A stretch of DNA of 64,000 bases from Monocercomonoides exilis PA203. Taxonomy: Eukaryota > Protista > Preaxostyla. Position numbers and translations under genes: made by a program. The stretch covers positions 1,116,001-1,180,000 of the forward strand of contig LSRY02000010.1 in assembly GCA_001643675.2 (NCBI GenBank). Reading direction: 5' to 3'. The notes under the pieces are model-generated. The model made no database searches. It was not told the DNA's origin and saw only the letters and a list, made by a program, of their open reading frames with translations. Each line of letters starts with the position of its first letter. The first letter of the stretch is position 1. This document shows positions 24,860-37,801 of the stretch, piece after piece.

Positions 24860-27246
24860 CTCCTTCTTCTTCTTCTTCTTCTTCAGCTTCAATTTCAAAT
24901 TCACCTTCTGTTTCTTTTTCACATTCACATTCAAATTCAAATAGAAATTCAAATAGAAATTCAACAGCATACACACACACGCATACACATACACATACAC
25001 CTGTGATTATGTCTACGCCCACACATCAGCCTAACTTTAACTACAATTCTAATTCTAACTCTAATTTTGATTCTAACGCCAACTTTAATTCTATTTCTAA
25101 TTCTTGTTCAAATTTAGGTTCTAATTTAGGTTCTGGTTCTGGTTCTAATTCTCATTCAATTTCTGGTTCTCCTTCAATTTCTGCTTCTGCTTCTGTTTCT
25201 ACTCCAATCATCACTTCCTCATCCACCTCAGCTTTCTCTTCTCCCAACTGTGCTTCTTTGCATCCAACTTCTTCTTCTTCTGATCACTCACAACACCCAC
25301 AATCATCAACAACACCTTCTTCTTCTAATTCTTTTTCACCTTCTTCTTCTTCTTCTTCTTCCTCATCTTCATCTTCCTCCACCTCTTCCTCCTCTTCCTC
25401 TTCACCTTCTCCTTCCTCCTTGTTTCTATCGTCTCCACTGCTCAAATCTGCCTCTTCTTCTTTTTCTCCTCTTTCTGCTTCTCCTACACACTCCACTCAT
25501 CCAACCCACACAGCTTCACCAACATCACAATCACGTTTATTCGTTATGCGCTCCTCTTCTCCTTCAACTTCAACTTCCTCCTCTTCCTCCTCCTCCTCCT
25601 CTTCCTCCTCCTCCTCCTCTTCTTCCTCTTCCTCCTCTTCTTCCTGTTCTTGCACCTCTTCTACATCTCCTTTGTCTCCATCGCCTACAATCCCGTCCAC
25701 ATCAACCATTTCCACCACTCCTTCTCCCTCTGCCTCCCTCTACACCTCTCTCACGTCTCTATCTTTATCTTCTTCTTCTTCCTCCTCCTCATCCTCTGCC
25801 TCTTCCTCAACCTCCTCCTCCTCTTCTCCTTCCTCCCACACATTGTCCACAAACAAGCTCCATTCCTCCAGTTGTGACCAGAGAACCATCAACAGCTCCA
25901 CCGAAGATGAAAGCTACATGTCTATCGAACACTCTCAACAGAGCAATTTCCACTTGGCACTTCCGTTTGATTTGGGAGATCCAAAATATGCGAGTCTGCT
26001 TTTGTTTCCGGAAGGGTTTTGCTTTGATGAGCTGTTTAAACATAAAGATTTGGAGAGGGTGAATGTTGGAGGAAAAGGAGGAAAAGGAGGAAGAGGAAGA
26101 GGAAGAGAAGGAGGAGGATTAGAAGATGGAGGTAGTGGTGGAATTAAATCAGGGAAAGATGAGAATAAAATAAGAGAGAGTGACAATGATAATAGAAACA
26201 ATGTGAAAGAGAATGAAGAGAATGAAAGTTGTAACAATGAGGGCCATTTGGATAGTCAACAGGAAGAGAATCATTCAGCAGTTAGTGGAAGTAATAGTAA
26301 CAGTAACAGTAATAGTAACAGTAATAGCAATAGTAAAAATAGAAGTTGTAGTAATCAAAGCAATAGTGGAGTTGATGATGTTGTTTCAAAGGAAAAAGAA
26401 GGGAATGAAGATAAAGTTGTTAACAGTAGTAAAGAAAGTGATGTTTCCAACGGGTTAAATTCTAGTCATAATAATAAAATAAATAGTGATGTTAACAAAA
26501 GTAATGAAAAAAATGAAAGTGAAGGTAAAAGTGATAGTAAAAATCAAAATAGTTCAAAGTGTATTAGAAGTCGTTTTTGCAAATGTCAGCCTCCAATTGT
26601 TGGTGTTAGTTCACAGAATTTGTGTTCAGTGCAGTTGTTACCCACAGATGAGTCAGATCTTCCAGACAAGGAAATGAAGCGTGTAATTTTGAACATGCCA
26701 GGTGAGGAAGAGTGGGAGAGGGTGAGAGAAAGAGAAAGAGACAGAGAGAAGGAGAATGAAAATGAAACAGACAAAGACAAAGACAAGGATAAAGAGAGAG
26801 AGAAAGAGAGAGAAAAAGAGAAGTTCGGAATATGGGGAGATTTACCACTTTTAGTGACAAATGAGGAGAGGCTGGGCTTTCTGTCTCCTCCTTCGTATGT
26901 GCGAAACCCTTCCTTTGAAGTGCCAGTGGCCATCCAACTGAAACGGAGGTATACAATCACCCCCATCATCACAGCAGACTCGTTGCATCCTTCCTTTTTC
27001 TCCTCTTTCGTCCCCGCTCGGCTGAAACAGCAGCTGAAACAGCAGAGGCTCACTCGTTTTCGGAAGGGCATTGAACTGTTTGTGTCGCTTTGCCTGGTGC
27101 CGCTGCGGCCGGAGCAGAAGCCTCCACATCCGTTTTTCCCGCGGTATGCGAGAGAAGCGAGGAGGAGGGCGCACGAAGAGGCACAACAGCACACACCGCC
27201 AGTGATGTCACCGAGGGCGTTTAGATATGTGCCGAAGGGGAAATGA
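22387..27246 (+). CDS. About 1590-aa extremely Ser-rich, largely disordered protein with a small ordered C-terminal region
   Basis: Exon 1 22387-22413 (MTRFPSPEG), intron 22414-22488 (GTATTT..TCAG), exon 2 in frame with track ORF 22702..27246. Confidence 0.8.
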
Positions 27247-29115
27247 AGATAGAGGAGAGGAGAGGAAAAATGAGTGAGTGAGAAAAAGAAAGAGTTAGAA
27301 AGAGGTTGTTTGTAAACAAGATTTATGAAGAAGAAAGAGTAAATAAAGAGAAAATAAGAATATAATTAAACATAATAAAGAGTTATGTGTTATTCGTTGT
27401 GATTATTTTTTTTTGAAAAAATAATGGTTTGATGTGTGGGCGTGTTATTTTATATCTCAAATGAAATCCTCTTGTTCAAAATTATCTTTTTCATCTTTGC
27501 GTCATTTCTTGTATTGTTACATAACAACTTGTCTTCTTTTCATTTTAATTGTTTTATTGTTTAATTATTTAATTGCTTTTTTGTTATTCTTTTTTTATAG
27601 ATATTTCAAATTCTTTTCATTCAATATATTTTATTTTTAATTTTAAATTTTCTTTCTTTCTTTCTCTTTTATTTTTGAATCTTATTTGAGGGCTGCTTTT
27701 ATCCTGTTCATCAGTTTTTATCTTTCCTTGTTATAACTTTCGTATGTTTCAGCAAATTCTTTGAGAATATGAAAAATTGTTAAATTTTTTATTTTCTATT
27801 TTTTTTTTCACTTTCTTGTGCTTCTTTTCTTATCGTATCTGTATTCATATTTACTCAGCTTCTTTTTATACTTTTTATTCTTTTTATACTCTTCCTTTTC
27901 CTTTTTCTTCTTCTTTATATTTTATTTGATGTGCAATATTTTTTTCTGTTTGGGAATGCGCATTCAATAAATAGTCTTTCAAAAGCCGGTTTTTTGCTGT
28001 TTGTTCAATTTTTATTAAGAAATATGGATTGTTCTATTTTTATTCAATTGTTTTATTGTTTTTATTTTTATTTTTATTTTTTATTTTGTTTAATATTTCA
28101 GTTATGTTTTTTTATATATGAAATAACTTATTTCTTGTTCAATATAGTTTTTTCGTGATAATTTTAAGAATTTATTTTTATTTTTATTTTTTTTGGAGAA
28201 TAATTGCGTTGTTATGCTTTTTGCATATAAAAGTTATTAGTTCATCGAAAGTTTTTATTGTAAAACTTTATATTTTTATGAAATATATTTTTCAACATTT
28301 TTTTTACGGTTCAAACATTTTGTTATGTGGAAAGATCATTCAGATTTGTTCTACTTTCTTAATTTATTGAATGAATAATAAATAAATAAATAAAATAAAA
28401 TAAAAAAAATACTGTTTCTTTACCATGCAAACATTTCTTTTTTTTCTCTTTGTTGTAGTTCTTTTGTTTCTTACAACCTGATCTCTTCATTCATTCTTTG
28501 ATATTTACCCCAGTCATACAAGCAAGCTTCATTCCACTTACTGCCTGCTTTGTTGAATCAGAGAAACTTCCTGCTTTCTGAAACACTTTCATTGTTATAT
28601 CCTTTGTATTGCGCAGTTCACTCCAGATAGGCATCAAACACGGTTTTTTTAACTTTTTTAAAGATTTTCTTTACTGAATATTTTTAAGTTTAATTTTTTT
28701 TTTGTATTTTTATTCAGTTTTTTGTATTTCTTTTTTTGGATAATTTATCTTTTCTGTTGTGAAATCAAACTAAAAAAAGAAAATATTGACATTTGAAAAT
28801 GAGTTCTATCTATTTTTTTATTTTGAATAATTATTTATTCACCACTTGAACATAAATATGATTTTTCAGATTTTCTTGATTAATCTGCACCATTATAATT
28901 TTTGGATATTTCTTTTTTAAGATAAAAAGCTACAACTTTATTTATCTGTTGTTGTGTTGAGATACTATCTGGATTTTCTTTGAATTAAAAATATATAAAA
29001 ATTTTAACACTCCAGAAACATTTATATTGTATTTCAATCGTCATCATTGTTTTGGAAAGATATTTTACTAAATACAAGGAATATATGCATACAAACAACT
29101 CCAATTCCTTTTCAT

Positions 29116-32100
29116 TAGATGAATTGCACAATTTTTGTGTAATTTTGAAATTATTGAATAATTTTGAAATTAGTATATGCTATTTTGAAATAATCAAGTA
29201 ATTTTGAAATTTTTCAGATGAATTGAAAATAAGGTCGTTATTTTAAGTTTCACCAACAAATTTTATATTTAATAAAAATTGTGGGAAGATCTTCAATTTT
29301 CTCTTTAAAATTGTCGTATTCACAAATTGTAGTTTATTTATCACTAATATTATTAAATATGTTTTGCACAAATTTCAGAACGTTTAACAACAAATAATGC
29401 GAAATATATCATTTTTCATATTTTAGTGACAATCGAAAAGAAAAAAAAAATTATTTTACGTTTTATTCGATTATTGAAATGTTTCCATGAACAATAAATG
29501 ATTGTCATTATTCAAAACATTTCAAAATTTCAATAAAATGGTGAAAATTTTCTGATTTGCAAATATCAACAGAATACATCAAATATGAAAGAGGAGAGCA
29601 AATTAAAACTCAAAAACATTTCAAATATTGATGTTTTGCGCAATAATGAATATTTCATGGAAAATAAAAATGTGAACGTAAGAAAAAAATTCAAAAAAAG
29701 AAAGAAAAAATAAAGTTTCATTTTAATAATAAATCAGCATTATGTTTTGCTAATAGGATTGACAAAATCATCCAAAGATTTATGCAAATCTCGTTGCTTC
29801 TTTCTCTTCCTCTTTCTCTTCTTCTTCTTCTTCTTCGGCATATTCCTCTTCTCTCATCCGCTCAGACATTCCCAGAAACAGCATTTGCATAGACATAGGC
29901 GTTTTTTCAATGATGAGAAAATTAGAAGAACATCATCTTGATAACAAAATTTTCTTAGTATCTTTTCAATGAGGCAGTTGTCAGTTCAACTTATGTCAAC
30001 TTTGCCTCAAGAAAAGAAATCACCACAGACCAGTTCCTCTTTTCTCTCTTCTTTCAAGCCGTCAAAAATTTCATTTCCACTTCTCAATCATTTGCCAAAT
30101 TTCTTCTTCTGCTGCATCATCAATTCCTTGATCTCATTTTCGGCTTTTAACAAGATTCGTCGTATATGTCATCCAAAACCTTCAAAAAAAAAGAAAAATA
30201 TCTTCTCATTTCATTTATATTTCTTTAAAATATCTTCTTCTTCCCGATTTTTTTTGCCAGATATCTTCTTCGGCCTTATCATCAACTTTTGTTTCCCTCT
30301 TTTTGCTTTTAACAAGATTCGCCTGATACGCCATCTAAAGCCTTCAAAATAATTATCTTTGTTTCCTTTCCTTTCATTTATGTTTCACGCCACCTCACTC
30401 CTCCATGCGCCCCTTCAATTGTTGTTTTCTGCCTTCTTTAATGCATTTTTTATCCTCTCTTTCCATATTCTATAGGCATATATTCGCAGTAAATATACCT
30501 GAAAAAATATTCTAATTTCAACAACAATAATAATTAATGATGAAATTAAAAATAATCATAATAAGCAAACCTATGACTTTTATACGAATAATCTTTGTAA
30601 ATTTTCTTCTTCTCCAAATATTGTTCCTTTCTGTCTATGAATTCCATCTTTCCCGCCTTCGCTTCATCTCTGCTCCCAAAAATTGCTTATTTCCAATCTT
30701 CGGTACTGCTTCCACTCGAATAACTCCGCAAACTTCATTCAATAAAAAAAAACTACCAATGAAGAAGATTCCATCTGAAGAGCCCCTTTCCATCCCTTCT
30801 CGCTGCATCACCTTCTTCTTCTCTCCATTTCCCCTCAAAGCAACACCAACACCCCTCCGCCACACATCCTCCATCTCTTCCACTTCATTCCCCAACATCC
30901 TTTTCCCAATCAAAAATATAAATGCCTCCAATATTTTGCCTCTCTTTGGTGCAAAACACTCCCTCATGGTCAGCCCTTCACCTCGCTCCATCCTTGTCGC
31001 ACCTCTGTCTCCACACCCCCAATGCAAAGTGCTGCGTTCAATGTTCCTTCTTCCCGTCTTCCTCCGCCTCGGCCTCCATCCCTTGCCCTGCAAATGAGAG
31101 GCGTGACCAAACGGTTCGCAAAATAAATTATATAAAAATATAAAAAATTTACTTTCATTTTTCTTCTTTCAACCCCACTTCTCTTTCTTATCAAGCAAAC
31201 ATCCACAAAAACTTTTCCTCCTTGCTCTCCCTCAAGAGAACCCTCCTCAATATCCCTGAATTTGAAAAAAAAATGATCCCTTTTCCATATCACTCCATTT
31301 CCAACCTAATTCTTGACCTCCCCTCCAATAAATATATTCCATAAACTCCACACATCTTCCACACCTATATCCCACCTCGCCCCACCTCCTCAACAATAAA
31401 TTCCATTTCTCAAATAACAAACACAACTCCCACTCCTTCCAACTCACAATAATCTCAACAACAACCCCTCAAAACCCCATCCCAATCCGTCTCCCGCACA
31501 TCCATTTTGCATCTTAAATCTCAAAAAAATACTTCTTTTTCTCACAAAGCTCATCTTTTTATCGTTTCATTCCCCATCAAAACCCTGTTTGTTCGTAATT
31601 ACGAAAATTCTTCACCCTGCACAATAAATCCATCCTTTTAATCACCTGTTAACTCTTCTTATGCCCATTCAGTCACAATACAGAGCTGAGCCTTCTTTTC
31701 TATTTTTGTAGAAAATATGTGATGGGAATGATCAAGCAATATCAAATGCTCAGAAACTATCAACGGAATGAGATTCCGAGGTATAAACAAGGACAGTTTG
31801 ACTAAATGAAATATTGCCACTTAGAAGGATGACATTTCAAAAGCGATATTTATTTGAAGAAAATAAAAGTTGTTCATTTTGATTTGTGGAATGCTGCGGA
31901 GCAACTATATTTTCTATGAGAATATGAAATTTTTGGCGTTCGTATTTTTTTATTATTCAATTGATTGTTATGATGTTTCCATCTGGATCCTCCCCAAAGT
32001 CGTGATTCAGACAAATTATTAAAAATGGACAATTTATTCTTTGCAGAGCAGAACAGCGAGGAAGCGAGACAAACATTATCTTACATATATATTAGAGCCG

Positions 32101-32870
32101 GAATATATTTTGTTGCAAATATTGATGGTAGTTATTTTGAACTTAACATGCGCGATGGATAGAAATACGATGAATATGAATTAATACGGAACAGACAGCC
32201 TCAGAATGAGGAAGACATGTGGACATAAGAGATTTTATTTTAACTTACGATGACGATGATAAACCCTGTCCGAAGAAAAATATGAAATTGATATTTTGGA
32301 AGAAATAAATGATGAGAGAAAAAAATGAAGAAAAACGAGGAAAAAAGGCTAAACAGGAAGTTTGAAGACAATCTAAAATGAAACTGCACTTTTGTTGAAA
32401 CAAAAACTTGAAGAATTGAAGAAAAGATGCTGTGCTGTTGAAATACATCAAAGAGATCTTTTTTTTGATTTGCATTCTTTTAATCTCTTTTTCTGAAGAA
32501 GTTCTAAAACAAAAATATTTGAAATTGTAATGAATATCGTTTATTGTGATTTTTTCCCAATTGTTTATCAAAAAACAGTAGTGTAAAAAGGTTTTATTCG
32601 AATTATCTTAAAAAAATCACAAAAAATATCCTTTATTAGTCTTGACAATTGATTTTAATTAAAAAAACAGCAGCGTATTTTTCGATAAAATGTTTTGAAA
32701 AACTTCATATATATGCATAATATATATTTTCACAGTAAAAATTTATCTACCTGAGTAATTGCAAAATTCCCCAAAAATTTCAAAATTTCCATTGACAATT
32801 TCAAAATTATTGGGTAATTTTGAAATAACCCAATAATTTTGAAATTTTTTTTTATTTCACAATTCATCTA
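29116..32870. mobile_element. Candidate degenerate element with short TIRs and subterminal AATTTTGAAA arrays
   Basis: TAGATGAATTG at 29116 and its reverse complement ending at 32870, each next to about four AATTTTGAAA-type motifs. Confidence 0.35.
29750..31700 (-). pseudogene. Heavily decayed intron-containing gene remnant
   Basis: Coding-like GA-rich blocks separated by GT..CAG intron-like segments (about 31152-31090 and 30583-30499), many stops, and an internal duplication of about 97 bp (30091-30187 / 30253-30349). Confidence 0.4.
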
Positions 32871-33320
32871 TTACATTTTAATGGTGTTTTTCCAACTCAA
32901 CTTTTGATATCATTTTATTTTATTTTTTATTTATTTTATTTTTTTGAAAAATTCTTTGCAAAAAGTCAAATTTCTCAGCAATGTGATGGAAGTTTTTGTT
33001 TGAAAAATTATATTTATAATTTTTTTCAAATGAACAAATTTGTCATCTTTTAAATTGCTTAAGCAAGCCAAGCGTTAAGTTCATCAGAGAAATACCCTTA
33101 TCAAAAATTAAAATCTGCATCCGAATCGTCTTTACCGTTTGAACTGAGTAAAAGAGAATTAGACTCTAAATATACATTTAGAAAAAAAACTGATTTAAAA
33201 ATAAACAATGTTTCATCTTTTTCTGGAAAATCGCTTCTTTCTCATTCTCCTGAATTATCATGCAGGCCTCCAAGCTATTCAGATATATATAATAATTGGC
33301 AAACATCATCCAAGAAAGAT

Positions 33321-35282
33321 TTGCTTCATGAATTTTTGAAACAGTCAAGCTCAATGGTTTCATTTCTAACAAACAAACCGAGCTCTATTTCATATGTGCA
33401 TGAAATCCAGAATCAATTTTCATTAAAAAATCCTTCTCAAAAAATTGAAACTGAAACAAACGCACAGGCGAAGGATCCTTTATTAATTTTGATAAAGGAA
33501 AATCCAAAAGATGAAAGTCAAAAAAGCAGTTCATTTTTATCTCAAAAAAGAAAAGTTATTTTCAAGCTGGTGACAAAAACGAATCCACAATTGAAACTTC
33601 CAAGCGGAATTACGCAATTTGGAGCTCGAACCGTGTTGCCTGTTAATCTTATAACTCCGGCATGTGACGAAGAAACAGCAGAATTAGTTAACTTATCTTC
33701 TTCAGTTGAGAAGCGGTCTCGAAGCGATGATATCTATTCAAAACAACAAAGCAATGCAGATGAACCAACTTCTTCCATGCTTGGCTATTGCAAAAACACG
33801 ATTCCAACATCAGAAGCTCCATTCATTTTTCATAGGACTATAATTTCACCATCTTTAATTCAACGCTCATCTTCTCACAGCATACAAGAGGAATCGTCTT
33901 CCCCGTCTGACGAAGAAAACTCATGTGGCAGTGACTCAAATGAAGATCATGAACTCATCGAGAACTTTTCCAAGTGGAGGCCTGCATTTATCAGCAGAAG
34001 TGGGATGAGCTGCGATATCGACTTCGAGTTTGGTAGAGAAAGGCATTCGACTTTTGCAGACATGAACAAAAGCATCATAAAAAAGAAGTGGGAAAATGAC
34101 GACATTATGCTAAGGCAAGAGGGATGGAAGCACACGGATAATGTCTTTGCGAAACAGAAGAAGCAGTTAAACAGAAGGCAAATGAAAGAAGTAAAATTGT
34201 ATTATTCTGCGTTTGGGGAATGGATTCATAAGGAGTGGATTGCAGATGAAGAGGAAAAAAAGGCTTTGTGAGAATGCTGAGAGAAAGATAAGAAGCAAAG
34301 AAGAACATGGGCACAATGAAAACGAAGATGACAGCTGCAAAGGAGTGAATCAAAAAGATAGCAAAATTGAATGCGAAAGCGAAGATATAAAAAAACGGAG
34401 AGATGACATTGGAAGAGATGAAGGAATTACTGAACAATGGAGAAGATAAAAGTCTGCCAATTGAGGAAAAAGACAAATTAAACAGATTGATCCAAAAACA
34501 GGAGCAGTGGAACGAGAAACTTGAACAACAAAAAACTCTTTCTGATGTTGACAAATTTCGAATTAATTTGTTTTCGTTTTTTCCAAAGAAAAAAGACAGG
34601 AATGACATAAGAAAGGAGAATGCTCAAAGATTTGACGGATCCAATAGTAATTCTTTATCAAACAGCTCTTCTCAAGATTTATTTTTTCAGATGGAGTCAT
34701 TCAACCCCATTTCAATAGCCTTTCAAAGCAATGAATTGTTGCTGATGAAAGATGAATCACACGATTTATTTACAGCACATATCCCTCCTGCTCCAACTTC
34801 TTGCAATCAAATGAACGCAAAATCTCAGACTAATGAAACGCTAGTAACTCAAATCACAGCCTCATTTCCTTTATTTTCATCAGTGCTATCAGGAACAAAT
34901 CGACCGAATCTGTCTGTTACTGAAACAGAGCATACGAAGAATGCTTTTGATTTCATCGATGATAAGTCTCTTTCTTTATGCAAATTTGACGAAAAGCTTC
35001 TTAGCAATTCTTTTTTTCGATGCAAAGAAACTCGAAAATTTATCACCAAAAATGCATTTCCACGCATAACCTCCAAATCTAAAAGTTTACAGTATTTGCA
35101 TGTAAAGCACAAGAAGAAGAATGCAAAAGCTGCACACTCACAGTACATACTTCTGTTGACAATGTGGACTCTGCTAGACCTCAATTACAAGGAGGTTTTT
35201 CTCCTCCTGCAATATTACCACTCTTGAGTTCAGATCCGATTTATGGAACGACAAGAACAAGAAAGTGTAGTGTTATCATTTA
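33321..35282 (+). pseudogene. Trp-rich GxWxxKxW family paralog B, frameshifted and transposon-interrupted
   Basis: KWRP...DIDF...KWENDD...QLNRRQMKEVKLYYSAFGEWIHKEWIADEEEKKAL, then frameshifts near 34268 and 34392 lead to MTLEEMKELL. The 3' end appears to continue at 37269-37481. Confidence 0.75.
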
Positions 35283-35706
35283 ACCCCAACCCATTTTTTT
35301 ATTCTGACCCAAATTTTTGAAGTGAAAAATAAAGAAAAATTTAAAAAAATACAAAAGAAGAATCAATTCTTCGAATTATCTTTCTTTTTCCTGGTTTTCT
35401 TTGCATCTCTTCGTTTTCCTCTTCGTTTGGGTCATCAAAAATAACATCAGAGCGTCTTCTTTTGATTTTGTGTTTGAATTCAACCATTTCATCTTTTTCG
35501 TTTTCTATCACTTGTTTCATATCTTTTTCATTCTCCTTTTCTTCATTTCTCCCTAAAAATCTTTCCCAATCGTCGAGAAGTTCTTTTTTTGTAATTAACT
35601 TTCCAAAATAATCGAAACAGGAACGACGGGAAGGAAGAGGGTATTTTGATGATTCTGGTTGTTTGCGAAGAACCGGACCGAACGAAATATGAATGAATCA
35701 GCTTTA

Positions 35707-36832
35707 TTAAAAAGCTTTTTTTATTACAGAAGGAGTGAAAGCGGAGTGAATTGCTTGAGGAAGCACGTCGACAAGTGCTTTTCTCGAAGCAGACGATGAA
35801 GTTGACGATGGAACATCAAATGATGAAGAAAGAGAAGTTTTGAGAGTCGCAAATACTCCTCTATCGAGTGGCTGAGACAAATGAGTACTGTGGGGGATGA
35901 ATGTTACGACATCTATGTTATTTTCTGAGAAAGTTTTCCAAATTGAAGGATCACCGCGTGAAGGATGAGAGTCGATGAAAAGAAGACATTTCTCTGTTTC
36001 CAGTGACATGCGCTTTCTTCTTTCAACTATGGAAGGGAGAAGAACTGTTTTTGTATATTTCTTGAAGTTTTGCTTGCCCATCCAGTAACTTTTGTTGGAC
36101 CAGATGTCCAGAGTTGGAGAGAGAGAGGCTTCAGTTCGTCCGGTTGTTTTTCACTTGGCCAGAGAATGATGCAAGGCAATGAATAACCATCTGCAGCCAC
36201 TGCAGCAACAAGTATAGCATTGTTCATTCTTTGTGCTTCTTTGCAATACCAAGCGCTTTTGTTGGATTGATGGATTGCACTAATACTGGCAGAAGAGGGG
36301 ATGAGCAAAGAAGATTTGTCAACATTAAATATTAATGAAGGATTGTGGTTATTTGCTTAGTGTAATTCTGCAATCATTTGATACCAGGGCTTCATTACAC
36401 TCCTGCATGACACAGTGAGCCAATTAATATCTAAACTTTTTGGCTTGCTCTTCGTCAACTCAGGATGTCGCTTCAAAAACCTGTACGCCGCAGCATTTGA
36501 AACTGAAATATGTGGCTCGTTTTCTTCTTTTGTATCGTTTTAAACATTTTCCATCAAAAGATAAAATGTTATTGTTCCAATAAAAAACTTGAACAAACCA
36601 ATTCTCTTGTTTTCTTCATTGTTAAACTGCTCACTCAAATAGAATCAATTTTGATTTCATCCAGAACTGTTTCTTCTTTCTCTTTGCTGACTGCCTGCGG
36701 TCTCCATGGTTTTCCAACTTTCCTTTCAGCTCGCAACGCCTGAACTGCGTTTTTAATACTCCTTCGGCTGATTTGCTTTGAATTGATGGTGTCTGTAATC
36801 CGGACGACTCCACCATACGCGATGTGTTCCAT
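35707..36832 (-). pseudogene. DDE_1 (pogo/CENP-B type) transposase, DD35D, with stops and frameshifts
   Basis: YRFLKRHPEL, LIFNVDKSS, AAVAADG, LLFIDSHPSR and PHSTHLSQPLDRGVF; 35 residues lie between the last two Asp. Confidence 0.9.
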
Positions 36833-37092
36833 TCGTTCTAATTTATTTTTGTATTTTCTGTAATGAAAAGATTACATGAAATGTTTTAATTTTTTCTGCC
36901 CTGCTTTTCTTTTTTCTTCAACAAGTATTTTCATTTAATATTTTAAGGTTTAGATCTTATTTTCATTTTTTAAAAAAAAAATTGAATTAAAAAAGAAAAT
37001 TAAAAAATATATATTTTGAATGAGCAAAGTGGTTTTACACCTCTTGAAACCAATCAATTTTCCGAGGAAGCTTGAATGATGGTTTTTAACAA

Positions 37093-37119
37093 CCCCCCCC
37101 CCCCCCCCCCCGCCCCCCC
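37093..37119 (+). repeat. Poly-C tract (about C19-G-C7) inside the pogo element
   Basis: Read directly; lies in otherwise very AT-rich DNA. Confidence 0.85.
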
Positions 37120-37801
37120 ATGAGAAATAGGCTTCATTTCAAAATACATTTTAAAAATTCAATATAGATTCCTTTTATACAAAAAATTAAGTTATTATTT
37201 CAAAATGTGGGATATGAAACTTTTGTAATAAAAAAAAAGGTCAGAGTAAAAAAAAAAGGAGTGGGTTAAATAATAACCCTACAACACAAACAAGAACACT
37301 GTTGAAAGAAAGACTTTCCGAAACTGTTCAACTGATATCGTCGAGACATCTCAAAACTACTCCTCCAAACAATAAATTCTTGTGGTTTCTTGAAAATCTT
37401 CCATTGAACCTGAAAAAGATAAGGCAAAGACTTTATTTCAGTAAACATCCAGAAGCCGTAAAGTCAGTGAAGAAAAGTTAATGTTACAACATATCTCAGA
37501 CTTAGAAAATAGTTTTATATTTCTTTGAATTTCTTTCTTTCTTTCTTTCAATGAATATAATTTTAAAAATGACATGCTATCGTTGCTTGAAAACTACAAA
37601 AAAGAAGCACACGCTCAGCAATGCAAACAAACAAAAATATTTTTAAATAATCAGATCTTCATAAAGAAAAAATTAAAATAAATAAAAATTTCGGATTTCA
37701 TACATTACGCAAAATGAAAAATTTAATTCCATTCAACATCATTGAATACACAACGCAATAAAAAAAAATAGAAAACAAATAAATGGTTACCAATAAAAAA
37801 T

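Larger units (their letters stand above)
35283..37266 (-). mobile_element. pogo/Fot1-like (Tc1/mariner superfamily) DNA transposon, decayed
   Basis: Imperfect TIRs of about 30 bp (ACCCCAACCCAT(n)ATTCTGACC vs ACCCACTCCT(n)ACTCTGACC) flanked by TA on both sides, enclosing a DDE_1 transposase. Confidence 0.85.

Noticed and set aside
27250-29100. Short F/L/I-rich ORFs and a coding-like patch at 28420-28645
   Set aside because: T-rich intergenic composition; the patch has stops in the frames I translated.
29140-29215. CRISPR-like short repeats with spacers
   Set aside because: About 10-bp AT-rich motifs with 9-12 bp gaps, eukaryotic context, no cas genes.
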